Positions 13,434-23,225 of a DNA stretch of 64,000 nucleotides are shown here, piece by piece. Both the position numbers and the translations under genes were made by a program. Under the pieces are notes generated by a model. It saw only the letters and a list, made by a program, of their open reading frames with translations. It did no database searches and had not been told where the DNA came from. The stretch spans positions 1,600,001-1,664,000 of the forward strand of contig CAXXMD010000003.1 of assembly GCA_963675755.2 (NCBI GenBank), written 5' to 3'. The DNA is from a bacterium (GTDB lineage: Bacteria; Zhuqueibacterota; Zhuqueibacteria; Residuimicrobiales; Krinioviventaceae). Numbering within the stretch: the first letter of the stretch is position 1; each line of letters opens with the position of its first letter.

Positions 13434-15200
13434 TCAATGATTCATTAGCATTTCAAGAAGGGCGTTGGCTACAGCTTCGGGGCCTTTGTATTCCCAACCT
13501 GGAATGCCCAGGCGGGTGCGCATCTGGCCTACAAATAATCCTTTTTCATAGAATTTTTCAAAATAGCCGCGTGCAATTTCGTCATGTTCGGGTTTATACT
13601 GTACAGCGCCAAAGACATTTACAAAATAGCTGTGTACCAGGCCGGTAGAGGTCGTAGTACCTTTGCTCATAGCGGTACCTTCTCTGAAAATTTTAAACGC
13701 CTCATCTGCCGTCTCTATGCGATCAATAATAGGATGGTCTTCATCAATTTCTTCATAGTTGTTGGCATACAATACCATATCCACTTTATAGCCTTCGATA
13801 ACAGTCTCATAAGTGGTTACCGGCAGAACAATGCGCGAATTGACCTGATTGGGACTCATAATAATTGCACGGTCAAGCTGGCCCAGGGCGTAACCCGGCT
13901 GCAGGTCATCCAGGCGTACAAACGCGCCAATCTCGGTACCATATCCTATAATATCACCATTGTCAGCATAATCAAGCGAGCCCATATCGTCGGCAATGAT
14001 GATAATTTCTTCAATATATTCATCACCCAGGGTGCGCAAAGCTTCCAGCATTTCAGATTTACCGGTACCGGTATCTCCCACAATGAGTACGGTTTTACTT
14101 TTGCCCCCTTTGAGCGAAATTTTTACCATAGCACCATGATAGGGCATTTTACCGCGTTTAATCATTTGCACATTATGCAGGGTAAGCATCATTTTCTTTA
14201 GATAGCCAAAATAACCAAATTCAGGTCTGCCCGGCACAGCTGCAGAAAGCATATTGTTCTTTTCATCGTCATAGAAAACTGTTGGCAATTCTGCCAGATC
14301 ATCCAGCTCCTGTCCGGGAACACCATAAAGATAAACCGCGTCAACCGGACGGTTTAAAAAATCATCATCCGCCAGTTCAAATAAGTTACAGAGACTGAAT
14401 CCCAATTCAAAAAATGTTTTATGGAAATATACAATAATGAGCTGCGGTCCAACTTTGGCGGGGTAACCGATCCAATCGTTTTTATCTATTTTTAACAAAT
14501 CAAGCGGGTTTTTTTCAATACGTTGAAACTTGCCGGTTCGTTTGTTCATGGGTGGGTTAAGCAGCAAGGGTGGATTTAAAAGGATCTGTCTGATTATGGG
14601 AATATCACCAAGCTGACCATATACATCATCGGGAAAGTTCAGGTCTTTGGGTAATGCTATGGCTGCTATTTCAGCGCCGGCATGTACCTGACGATAAATA
14701 TTGGGGTGTTTGCCTGTAATATTTTCCTGCACATCACGATAAACTTTACGAATGAGCTGGGTCAGAGATTCTATTGTAGAGTTGAATGTTCGATAAGGCC
14801 GTTGATCAATCACATCGCTCGAAGAGTCACAAACAATAAAGCGTTCGTAACCACGCCAAAAGTTATAGAGTCCTTCAACAAAGGCAGCCAGTTGCTGTGG
14901 ATTTTTAATAAATTTATCAGAACCTTCTACCACTTTGGGTACCAGATCAAGATTCATTTTTGACAAAAAGACCAACGTCTGCTGCATGGTTTTGGTGTCA
15001 GCGGATTTGATTTCTTTTGGCATTTTGTCAAACATTTTAAGCAGGGGAGATTCGTGTTCTACCAGGTGTTTCATGTACCGATCAAGAATCTCTTTAAAGA
15101 GATTGCTGTTTATTAACTCGTCAGCGTTTGCACAAACCTGATTTTTGATGTTAATAATAACTTTATTGTCCACAATACTGTAATTCACGTTAACTTGCAT
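13434..15200 (-). CDS. PEP carboxykinase-like protein (P-loop)
   Basis: 'YFGYLKK', 'MPYHGA', P-loop 'GDTGTGKSE' and 'IIADDMG' follow the PEPCK/HPrK kinase-1 and kinase-2 pattern. Confidence 0.6.
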   Translation of the reverse strand: MQVNVNYSIVDNKVIINIKNQVCANADELINSNLFKEILDRYMKHLVEHESPLLKMFDKMPKEIKSADTKTMQQTLVFLSKMNLDLVPKVVEGSDKFIKNPQQLAAFVEGLYNFWRGYERFIVCDSSSDVIDQRPYRTFNSTIESLTQLIRKVYRDVQENITGKHPNIYRQVHAGAEIAAIALPKDLNFPDDVYGQLGDIPIIRQILLNPPLLLNPPMNKRTGKFQRIEKNPLDLLKIDKNDWIGYPAKVGPQLIIVYFHKTFFELGFSLCNLFELADDDFLNRPVDAVYLYGVPGQELDDLAELPTVFYDDEKNNMLSAAVPGRPEFGYFGYLKKMMLTLHNVQMIKRGKMPYHGAMVKISLKGGKSKTVLIVGDTGTGKSEMLEALRTLGDEYIEEIIIIADDMGSLDYADNGDIIGYGTEIGAFVRLDDLQPGYALGQLDRAIIMSPNQVNSRIVLPVTTYETVIEGYKVDMVLYANNYEEIDEDHPIIDRIETADEAFKIFREGTAMSKGTTTSTGLVHSYFVNVFGAVQYKPEHDEIARGYFEKFYEKGLFVGQMRTRLGIPGWEYKGPEAVANALLEMLMNH

Positions 15201-15682
15201 CTTGTTGCCTCACGAAAGTTTGTTTTCGGGTCAAATCTCTGAAAAATTAAGATCTGGATGTTATACTATTACGAAATATTGTAAAGCAATATTCCAAAAA
15301 AATTTACCGTAACAAATTTATGTTCCTGTTATCGGGGTTTGGTGCCGGCAGGAATGTTAAAAATACATACAGGCACACAATGAATATCCGCACTGGCAGA
15401 AATTCGCTTCAATACGAATAGTGGAACAAATATAATAAAAAAATTATTCACATTCAATAAAAAACGCAGATAGTCATTTATTGGATGCTTAGGGGGGTCA
15501 GCATCCAAAGGAGGGGTATGACCATCTGCGTTCAATATATTTAACAAAACCTTTTTATACTTTGTTCCCCCAAAGAAAATCGGGTTTAATTTCATATATA
15601 TGTAAATTTATTGTGAATTCATTTTGATTTAAGGATGAAATTAAATATTTTTGAATAAACACATGTTACAAGGGTATATGAT

Positions 15683-16090
15683 ATGCAGAATAGTATTTTT
15701 TCTACAACACTTCAAGTACGTGTTGGGGATGTAAATTACGGTGGTCATTTGGGTAACGATACGGTTTTACTCTATTTTCAGGAAGCGCGTATTCGTTTTC
15801 TGGCTGAATATGGCTTGACAGAAAAAGATATTGGTGACAGTGTTTCCCTTATTCAAACGGAATCACTTGTACAATACAAGGGTGAGGCCTTTATGGGCGA
15901 TGAGCTGACGATCTACATTGCCTGCTCCGAAGCAGCTAAAATTAAGTTTACGTTGTTGTATGAAATAATTCGAGAATCAGATGATCGGACCATAGCAACC
16001 GGGCATACTATATTGGCTGGTTTTGATTATGAAAAACGTAAACCTGCTAAATTACCCGAATCGTTTAAAAAAGTGCTGTCTGTTCAATAA
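15683..16090 (+). CDS. Acyl-CoA thioesterase (4HBT/hotdog fold)
   Basis: 'VRVGDVNYGGHLGN...YFQEAR' motif. Confidence 0.8.
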   Translation: MQNSIFSTTLQVRVGDVNYGGHLGNDTVLLYFQEARIRFLAEYGLTEKDIGDSVSLIQTESLVQYKGEAFMGDELTIYIACSEAAKIKFTLLYEIIRESDDRTIATGHTILAGFDYEKRKPAKLPESFKKVLSVQ

Positions 16091-16154
16091 AATATGAATC
16101 TTTTTATATTAAATGATGTAAAAGATGTGGATAAAAGATGAATTGGGATTTATT

Positions 16155-16940
16155 ATGAAAAAAGTTACCAGTATAGTATTATTGATTTTTATAATTACAG
16201 CGCCCCTGTTTGCGGAGTTTAACTTTCCGCAAAAACGTGGAGCGGTGAATGATTTTGCCGATATTATCTCTCCCTCAGCGGAACAAAAGATAGAAGCCCT
16301 GGCAATAGAAGTCTTTAATAAAACCCATGTGGCAATTGTTTGTGTAACCATGAAAACCATTGGTGATGAAGATTATAACGATTATGCCAACAGGTTGTAT
16401 GAGAATTGGGGAATTGGGGTTAAGGGAGAAGATAAAGGTATTTTGATCTTTAATGTTGTTGACCAACGCAAAGTTCGCATTGAAGTGGGTTATGGCGTTG
16501 AAGGTTTTATACCTGATGCTTTGGCAGGAGATGTCTGGCGCGATGTTATGCTGCCGCATTTCAGAAATAATGATATTGATGGCGGTTTTATAGCCGGTGT
16601 TTCTTCCTTTGCCGCGCTGATAGCCAAAGAATACAATGTAAGTTTTACCGGTACAGAGTACCATCCATCCCAAAAATTACAGCGAAAAAGTTCGGGCAAA
16701 CGCAGCAATCCTTTTTGCACGCTGATTGGTTTGATCATTTTATTCTCGATATTAGGCGGAGGTAGACGCGGAGGCGGCGGAATGATACCCTGGCTGATTT
16801 TGGGATCGATGATGAACAGCGGTCGTAGCAGCGGTGGTGGATTTGGTGGCGGCTTTGGCGGCGGTGGCAGCTTTGGCGGTGGTTTTGGCGGCTTTGGTGG
16901 CGGAATGAGCGGCGGCGGTGGTGCCGGTGGCGGATATTAA
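16155..16940 (+). CDS. TPM-domain (YgcG-like) protein with Gly-rich tail
   Basis: Signal peptide, 'VNDFADII', 'WGIG...DKGIL', 'RIEVGYGVEGFIPD', one TM helix and a 'GGGGAGGGY' tail. Confidence 0.85.
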   Translation: MKKVTSIVLLIFIITAPLFAEFNFPQKRGAVNDFADIISPSAEQKIEALAIEVFNKTHVAIVCVTMKTIGDEDYNDYANRLYENWGIGVKGEDKGILIFNVVDQRKVRIEVGYGVEGFIPDALAGDVWRDVMLPHFRNNDIDGGFIAGVSSFAALIAKEYNVSFTGTEYHPSQKLQRKSSGKRSNPFCTLIGLIILFSILGGGRRGGGGMIPWLILGSMMNSGRSSGGGFGGGFGGGGSFGGGFGGFGGGMSGGGGAGGGY

Positions 16941-16975
16941 TTTTAAAATTTTAAATAGAAAATGGAGGCCTTTAC

Positions 16976-17701
16976 ATGTCTAAAATACCTCAAACTCCTG
17001 AAGAGATTTTTCCCGAGTTTACGCAAGACATCCAGTCTGTTTTTGGCGACGAGGTTGTATCTATAGCTTTATACGGCAGCGGGGCCAAAGGCGAGTATCA
17101 ATACAAAAAATCTGATATTAATTTTTTGGTTGTGCTGAGTGAAACAGGTATTCAAAAGCTAAGCAAGTCCTTTGATTTGGTAAAACGTTGGAGCAAACGG
17201 TTTGTATCGGTACCGTTGTTTGTGACCGAGAATTATATTCAATCCTCTCTGGACAGTTTTCCCATAGAGTTTTTGAATATGAAAATGTATCATAAACCTG
17301 TTTTTGGTAAAGATATCCTTTCAGGAATAGAGATATCTAAAACAGATTTACGTTTGAAATGTGAAGAGCAGGTCAAAGGCAAGTTACTGCATTTACGTAA
17401 AAACTTTATGCTGACTGTGGGTAAAAAAGACGCATTGATTGAAATGCTTTCTATAACAATACCTACCTTTGCATCAATTTTTACTGCTTTGCTTGAATTA
17501 AAGGATATTGATACACCAAAGCATAAAGATGAAACGTTGTTAAAAACTGCCGAGGTGTTTGGGCTAGATAAACAGGTTTTTCAGGAAATTATCAGTGTGT
17601 GGAGTAAGACATCAAAACACTCTACCGCGGAATTAGTTGAATTGACAGAACGTTACATAGAAGAAATTAGAAAATTGAGTAATATTGTAGACCAATTATA
17701 A
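16976..17701 (+). CDS. Nucleotidyltransferase-fold protein
   Basis: 'IALYGSGAKGE...SDINFLVV' polymerase-beta motif (second Asp is Asn), followed by a helical C-domain. Confidence 0.65.
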   Translation: MSKIPQTPEEIFPEFTQDIQSVFGDEVVSIALYGSGAKGEYQYKKSDINFLVVLSETGIQKLSKSFDLVKRWSKRFVSVPLFVTENYIQSSLDSFPIEFLNMKMYHKPVFGKDILSGIEISKTDLRLKCEEQVKGKLLHLRKNFMLTVGKKDALIEMLSITIPTFASIFTALLELKDIDTPKHKDETLLKTAEVFGLDKQVFQEIISVWSKTSKHSTAELVELTERYIEEIRKLSNIVDQL

Positions 17702-17720
17702 AGTAAACAGGAGAGCATGA

Positions 17721-18338
17721 ATGTCTAAAGGTATGAAAATTGGATGCGGTGCATTGATCGTCATCCTTGTTATTGGATTTATCCTTGTTGGAATGTTCAA
17801 GAATATGTACAATGGGCTGGTCCAACTGGATGAACAGGTGAACGGAAACTGGGCCCAGGTTGAGAACGTTCTGCAAAGACGGTTTGATTTGATTCCTAAC
17901 CTTGTTGAAACCGTTAAAGGATATGCAAGCCACGAACGGGAAACCCTTGAAGCTGTTGTACAGGCACGTGCCAATGCGACTCGACCAAATATAAATGCGG
18001 AAGGATTGATTAATAATCCGCAACAGATGGAACAGTTTTCACAGGCACAAAATAGCCTTACCCAGGCTCTGGGACGATTGATGGTGGTGGTTGAAAGGTA
18101 TCCCGAGTTAAAAGCCAATGAGAACTTTATCCGCTTACAGGACGAGTTGGCTGGAACGGAAAACCGCATTGCGGTAGAGCGGAGACGTTTTAACGAATCT
18201 GTTCAGGCTTTTAACCGCAAGATCCGTATGTTTCCCACCAATATATTTGCCGGTATGTTTGGATTCCAACAGCGAGCTTATTTTGAGGCGCCTGAGGAAG
18301 CTCAGCAAGCCCCAAAAGTGGATTTTGGAAATAAATAA
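17721..18338 (+). CDS. lemA: LemA family protein
   Basis: Motifs 'QRRFDLIPNLVETVKGYA', 'ERYPELKANENF' and 'ENRIAVERRRFN'. Confidence 0.93.
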   Translation: MSKGMKIGCGALIVILVIGFILVGMFKNMYNGLVQLDEQVNGNWAQVENVLQRRFDLIPNLVETVKGYASHERETLEAVVQARANATRPNINAEGLINNPQQMEQFSQAQNSLTQALGRLMVVVERYPELKANENFIRLQDELAGTENRIAVERRRFNESVQAFNRKIRMFPTNIFAGMFGFQQRAYFEAPEEAQQAPKVDFGNK

Positions 18339-18353
18339 TCTGAATTTTTGATT

Positions 18354-18386
18354 AAAGCCCGGGTTGATTCAGCTCGGGCTTTTTTT
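18354..18386 (+). terminator. Intrinsic terminator after lemA
   Basis: AAAGCCCGGGTTG-ATT-CAGCTCGGGCTTTTTTT. Confidence 0.7.
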
Positions 18387-18391
18387 ATGTG

Positions 18392-18453
18392 ATAAACGCG
18401 CGGTTTGTTTTCCTGATGTCGTTGCTAACCATTGAGACAAACCGCGCGTTTAT
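18392..18453. repeat. 17-bp perfect inverted repeat (REP-like hairpin)
   Basis: ATAAACGCGCGGTTTGT (18392-18408) pairs with ACAAACCGCGCGTTTAT (18437-18453). Confidence 0.8.
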
Positions 18454-18460
18454 TTAAGAG

Positions 18461-19498
18461 TCATAGTTCTATTTTATCTATCAGTGATAGACCGGAAAAC
18501 AGAAACGAGAAGATGATCTTCATCTGGTCTTTAACCGCCATGGGTTTGATTCCCAGCATAATTGCTTCTTTTTCGATGCGTTCCGGGTTGCCATCTCTGC
18601 GCCAAATGTCAAATTGTTCGCGCCATTTTTGTGTTATGCTCGTTTGACTGATGTTGGGATCAAGTGTTGGTGGTACGAGAAACAGTGGTGTTTCAGAAAC
18701 CAGTGTCAGGGTATCTCCGCTAATGGAACGGATGGCTTCCATAGAACTGGGGCGGAATTTTGAAGCCATTTCCGGTTCGTTTATACCCATAAAATATTCT
18801 TTCATGTATTTAGAGTCCGGGCGTGTACTGAATCCTTTGGTAATTCGCATAAATCCTTTTTCACCTTTGCGATTACTGTCATTCAGCCGATAACCCAGCT
18901 CTTCTGTTAGCGCAGTGCAGGTTTCGATGATTGGTTTGCTTCTGCTGATCCATGTTGGGTCTATCAAAAACCAGGGGCCTTCACCAAACAGCATTCCATG
19001 ACATGACATGTGCAGCTGAAAAGGATTTTCAGCAGTTTCCCACCAACGATAGATTGCTTTATTCTCAGGACGCGCGTGTTTGTCGTGCTGATCTATGGGA
19101 AAGCCAAATTCCATATCATCGCCCGGAGCTTCACGTACCGCAGACAACAAATAGTTGGACAGTTGGTAAAAGCCATTTCCTTTTGCGGTCCAAATGGCGT
19201 TATTTAATTCTCCATCGGGATTGCCATGCGGGATGATCCACCAGGTAAATTTTGTTAATAGCATATGATTGTTTGGCAGCATACGTAAAAAAGTGGTGAA
19301 ATGCCGTAAGAATCGGGGACCCACAGGTTCATCCGCATGTAATCCGCCAATAAGGCTGATGTTCAGTGGACCCGAACCCATACGAAAAGCCTGAATAGGT
19401 TGACCTTTGCGTGAATAACCGATTGTTTCTCCATCTGTTACTGCGGGATGGGGTGTAGATATCATATATTCAAATAATGTGTTGTTCATGTCCATCAC
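18461..19498 (-). CDS. M14 zinc carboxypeptidase-like protein
   Basis: 'IGYSRKGQPI', Zn motif 'HADE', 'IIPHGNPDG' and a later 'MSCHG'. Confidence 0.75.
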   Translation of the reverse strand: MMDMNNTLFEYMISTPHPAVTDGETIGYSRKGQPIQAFRMGSGPLNISLIGGLHADEPVGPRFLRHFTTFLRMLPNNHMLLTKFTWWIIPHGNPDGELNNAIWTAKGNGFYQLSNYLLSAVREAPGDDMEFGFPIDQHDKHARPENKAIYRWWETAENPFQLHMSCHGMLFGEGPWFLIDPTWISRSKPIIETCTALTEELGYRLNDSNRKGEKGFMRITKGFSTRPDSKYMKEYFMGINEPEMASKFRPSSMEAIRSISGDTLTLVSETPLFLVPPTLDPNISQTSITQKWREQFDIWRRDGNPERIEKEAIMLGIKPMAVKDQMKIIFSFLFSGLSLIDKIEL

Positions 19499-19583
19499 TT
19501 TTAGTTTGACTGTCTTTATATTAAACTCGTAAAATAAACAGGTGTTCCGTTTTGACGGAAATGTTATTCAAAAGAGGTGATTT

Positions 19584-20000
19584 ATGCTCAAAATATTAAA
19601 CACGCGTGTTACGCTTGCAGATGTATCTATACTCTTGTTGAGACTCTGGTTAGGATCAATGATGATTTTTCATGGTTATAAAAAAGTTTTTGGTAATATG
19701 GAACGTTTTGTGGGAGGCGTGGCTGATCTGGGTTTTCCGTTTCCTGAATTTTTTGCCTATGCAGCGGCGTTTAGTGAGTTTTTAGGTGGTATTTTCATCA
19801 TATTGGGTCTGTTTTTTAGACCGGTGTTGTTGTTCGTAATAATAACCATGCTCGTAGCTGTTTTTGGAGCCCATGCTGACGATCCTTTTGGTAGAAAAGA
19901 ACTGCCATTAACATTTGCATTCATTTCTGCTGCAACATTACTTACAGGTCCCGGAAAATTCAGCCTGGATGCGCTAATAGTTCGATTATTTAAAAGGTAA
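19584..20000 (+). CDS. DoxX family membrane protein
   Basis: Motifs 'LLLRLWLG...HGYKK', 'EFLGG' and 'GPGKFSLD'. Confidence 0.88.
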   Translation: MLKILNTRVTLADVSILLLRLWLGSMMIFHGYKKVFGNMERFVGGVADLGFPFPEFFAYAAAFSEFLGGIFIILGLFFRPVLLFVIITMLVAVFGAHADDPFGRKELPLTFAFISAATLLTGPGKFSLDALIVRLFKR

Positions 20001-20423
20001 TTTGTTTTAGTATATATAAACATAAAAAACAATAAGCATGATTTGTATTAATGGTTTATTATTGAAAACTTGAATCTAATTTCAAGCGTATTTGCAAATA
20101 ATTAAAGCACGAGAAATTTAGTATTCAATTTTTTTTACAGTGTCGTATTTTTCAAAAAATAATAAGAAATATATGTAATATTATTGTTCTGTATTTAAAG
20201 AATTGATATTATAAAACAAGACCTTTCAGGAACCCCTTCAATCGAGTAGGATTGGTTGTTCTTTGATATCGTCAAATCGTGCTTTATTTTTCTCTCATTC
20301 CTTTAGGTATCCTTTCGTTTTATTTTTCCGCAGATTCTTATTAATCCTCCTGATTTGACAGATATCTTTTAAAAAAACTAACAAATTTGCCTCCTGAATA
20401 ACAGCAAACCTGTGGAGGGTAAT

Positions 20424-20873
20424 ATGACAAAAGAACCAGAAGTCAGTCAGGGACGAAGACGGTTTATTGGATGGGGATTACTGTCCAGTTTATCAGCTTT
20501 TACAGCAATGTTGATATACCCGGTCGTTCGTTTTGTAATGCCACCGCCAATTGCCGAATCTGTTCAAAATTCTGTTAAAGCTGCTACAGTAAATGAACTC
20601 AAGCCTAATAGCGGCAAAAATTTTCCATTTAACAACAAGCCGGCAATTTTGATCCGGTTGCCAAACGGAGAATACAGAGCGTTTTCCGCTGTATGTACCC
20701 ATTTGCAGTGTACTGTACAATATAGAGAAGATTTTAAGCAAATATGGTGCGCATGTCATAACGCCCGGTTTGATTTGAATGGTAATATTGCATCAGGACC
20801 ACCACCGGCTCCTCTCGAGTCATTTGATGTTAACATAAGTGGTGACGATGTTATTGTTTCCAAACCAAGTTAG
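20424..20873 (+). CDS. Rieske [2Fe-2S] subunit of a cytochrome bc-type complex
   Basis: Tat motif 'RRRF', TM helix, 'CTHLQC' and 'CACH' boxes, 'GPPPAPL'. GGAGG SD precedes ATG 20424. Confidence 0.92.
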   Translation: MTKEPEVSQGRRRFIGWGLLSSLSAFTAMLIYPVVRFVMPPPIAESVQNSVKAATVNELKPNSGKNFPFNNKPAILIRLPNGEYRAFSAVCTHLQCTVQYREDFKQIWCACHNARFDLNGNIASGPPPAPLESFDVNISGDDVIVSKPS

Positions 20874-20878
20874 GAGAG

Positions 20879-21961
20879 TTGTCCGTGAAAGTGGAAAAAA
20901 TAAAAAACTGGTTCAATGAGCGGCTGGATTTTAGCGGCATAGTAAAATTTTCAGAGAAAAAAGTAGTACCGGTGCACAAACACCATTTCTGGTATGGTAT
21001 AGGTGGTATTACTTTGTTTTTATATGTCATCCAGGTGTTGACCGGAATTCTTTTGCTTCTTTATTATCGTCCTTCTGCTGAATCTGCTTTTGAATCTGTA
21101 GAATTTATCATGACGTCAGTCAAGTATGGTTGGCTCATACGCTCAATTCACAGTTGGGGCGCAAATTTAATGATATTTTTTCTTTTTATTCACATGTTTA
21201 GCACTTTTTTTATGAAAGCATATCGCAAACCCCGTGAAATGACCTGGATCTCTGGTGCGTTTTTGCTTATTCTTGCCCTTGCATTTGGTTTTTCTGGCTA
21301 CCTGTTACCCTGGAACAAGCTTGCGTTTTTTGCTACCAAAGTTGGTACAGAAATGGCGGCCGTTGTTCCATTCATTGGGCATGAAATATTAATTTTTCTG
21401 CGAGGGGGAGAAGAGGTAACGGGTGCCACGCTTACCCGTTTTTTCGGTTTTCATGTTGCCCTGTTGCCGATGGTAACAGCGATATTCCTGTTAGTGCATT
21501 TGTTACTCATACAGGCACAAGGAATGAGTGTACCTCCTTCGCTAACACCTGAATATGAGAAAAATCCCAAGAGTATGAAATTCTTCCCTGATTTTATTTT
21601 GCGTGATGCAGTTGGCTGGTTACTTGTTCTGGGATTGCTGGGAGTGCTTGCGGCAATCTTTCCCTGGGAGTTGGGAGAAAAAGCAGATCCCTATGCATCT
21701 GCACCCTCGGGTATAAAACCCGAGTGGTTTTTCGTTTTTTTGTTTCAAACTTTGAAATATATACCTGGCAAGATTTTAATTTTCAATGGTGAATCACTTG
21801 CCATTATGGGTATTGCAGTGGGAATCGTTATCTGGATTTTTATTCCGTTCTTTGATAAAAGAGCGCAAGCGGGTAAACCCAGCCCTGCATTTACTGTAAT
21901 AGGTATTTTTCTTGTACTGTATATTCTGGTTCTAACAGCTATATCTTATATCTTTGATTAA
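20879..21961 (+). CDS. Cytochrome b (b6 and subunit IV fused)
   Basis: Motifs 'RSIHSWGA', 'IHMFSTF', 'GYLLPW', 'TLTRFFGFH' and Qo motif 'KPEWFF'. Confidence 0.92.
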   Translation: MSVKVEKIKNWFNERLDFSGIVKFSEKKVVPVHKHHFWYGIGGITLFLYVIQVLTGILLLLYYRPSAESAFESVEFIMTSVKYGWLIRSIHSWGANLMIFFLFIHMFSTFFMKAYRKPREMTWISGAFLLILALAFGFSGYLLPWNKLAFFATKVGTEMAAVVPFIGHEILIFLRGGEEVTGATLTRFFGFHVALLPMVTAIFLLVHLLLIQAQGMSVPPSLTPEYEKNPKSMKFFPDFILRDAVGWLLVLGLLGVLAAIFPWELGEKADPYASAPSGIKPEWFFVFLFQTLKYIPGKILIFNGESLAIMGIAVGIVIWIFIPFFDKRAQAGKPSPAFTVIGIFLVLYILVLTAISYIFD

Positions 21962-21977
21962 AGAATGAGGTAATCTT

Positions 21978-23216
21978 TTGAAAACATATCGGATTGTTTT
22001 AGTTTTGATATTGTTGACAGGTTATTTTGCAGCAGGACAAGAGAACCATTGTATAACCTGCCATCAGGAGCTGGATGCTTCACTGGCTTTACCCGTTTCA
22101 GAAATGAAAGATGGTGTGCATTTTTTGTCGGGTATTTTGTGTAATGATTGCCATGGGGGTGATCCAACCACAGATGATCCTGAACTTTCTATGGATCCTG
22201 CAAAGGGATTTGTCGGTACACCGCAATTCAAAGATATTGCAATACTTTGTGCCGGCTGCCATAGCGATGCGGTTTATATGAGAAAATTTAATCCCAATGT
22301 TTCTACGGAACAATATAGCAGGTACCAAACAAGCCAGCATGGGATTTTACAGGCCCAGGGAGATATTAAAGTAGCAACGTGTACCAGTTGTCATGGTGTC
22401 CACAATATTAAAAAAGTCAGTGATCCTACAGCAACAGTTTATCCTGTGAATTTGGCTGACCAATGCGGCAAGTGCCATGCTGACAAGGAATATATGCAGG
22501 AATATGGGATAGACACACAACAGCTTGAGCATTACAAGAACAGTGTCCATGCAAAAATGCTTTATGATCAGGGGGATATTGGCGCACCAACCTGTAATGA
22601 TTGCCATGGTAATCATGGTGCTACTCCTCCCGGTATTACATCAATAGCATATGTGTGTGGTAATTGTCATATGATTCAACAGGAATATTTCACAGCCAGT
22701 CCACACAAAACGGGATTTGATGAAATGGGTTTTTCGGAATGTGGAGAGTGCCACGGTAATCATGACATTCAGCAAACTAACGATGAAATGCTGGGAGTGG
22801 ACGAGCCCGCCTTGTGTATAAACTGCCATGATTCTGATTCTGATGGTTACGCGGTTGCCATGAAATTAAGAACAGATATTGACTCATTAAAGGCAGTAAT
22901 TGGTATTGCAGAAAAAATGATTTTTGACGCCCAAAAGGCGGGCGTAGAAGTTGTAGATGAAGAAATGAATCTGGCAAAAGCTCAAGAGTCACTTGTTCAT
23001 TATCGCACAATGATTCATACTTTTTCTAAAGAAAAGGTGAATGAGACATTTAAAGCAGGATTAGAGTCTTCAGATAATGCGTATAAAATTGGTCAACAGG
23101 CATTAAAAGAACTGTCAAATCGTAGGATTTTATTGATCATTATGGTCTTGTTGACTCTTTTAGTGGCAACGTTGTTAATTTTTTATATCAAACAAAAAGA
23201 AAACCATATACATTGA
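21978..23216 (+). CDS. Nonaheme cytochrome c with C-terminal membrane anchor
   Basis: Signal peptide, 9 CxxCH (CITCH, CNDCH, CAGCH, CTSCH, CGKCH, CNDCH, CGNCH, CGECH, CINCH), a helical region and a C-terminal TM. Confidence 0.9.
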   Translation: MKTYRIVLVLILLTGYFAAGQENHCITCHQELDASLALPVSEMKDGVHFLSGILCNDCHGGDPTTDDPELSMDPAKGFVGTPQFKDIAILCAGCHSDAVYMRKFNPNVSTEQYSRYQTSQHGILQAQGDIKVATCTSCHGVHNIKKVSDPTATVYPVNLADQCGKCHADKEYMQEYGIDTQQLEHYKNSVHAKMLYDQGDIGAPTCNDCHGNHGATPPGITSIAYVCGNCHMIQQEYFTASPHKTGFDEMGFSECGECHGNHDIQQTNDEMLGVDEPALCINCHDSDSDGYAVAMKLRTDIDSLKAVIGIAEKMIFDAQKAGVEVVDEEMNLAKAQESLVHYRTMIHTFSKEKVNETFKAGLESSDNAYKIGQQALKELSNRRILLIIMVLLTLLVATLLIFYIKQKENHIH

Positions 23217-23225
23217 GAGTAAAAT

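Noticed and set aside
15329-15595. 88-aa ORF in the PEPCK/thioesterase gap
   Set aside because: No recognisable motif, and it overlaps a structured, AT-rich divergent promoter region; probably spurious.
16820-16935. GGCGGT/GGTGGC-rich repetitive tract
   Set aside because: It encodes the normal Gly-rich tail of TPM proteins and is not a DNA repeat element.
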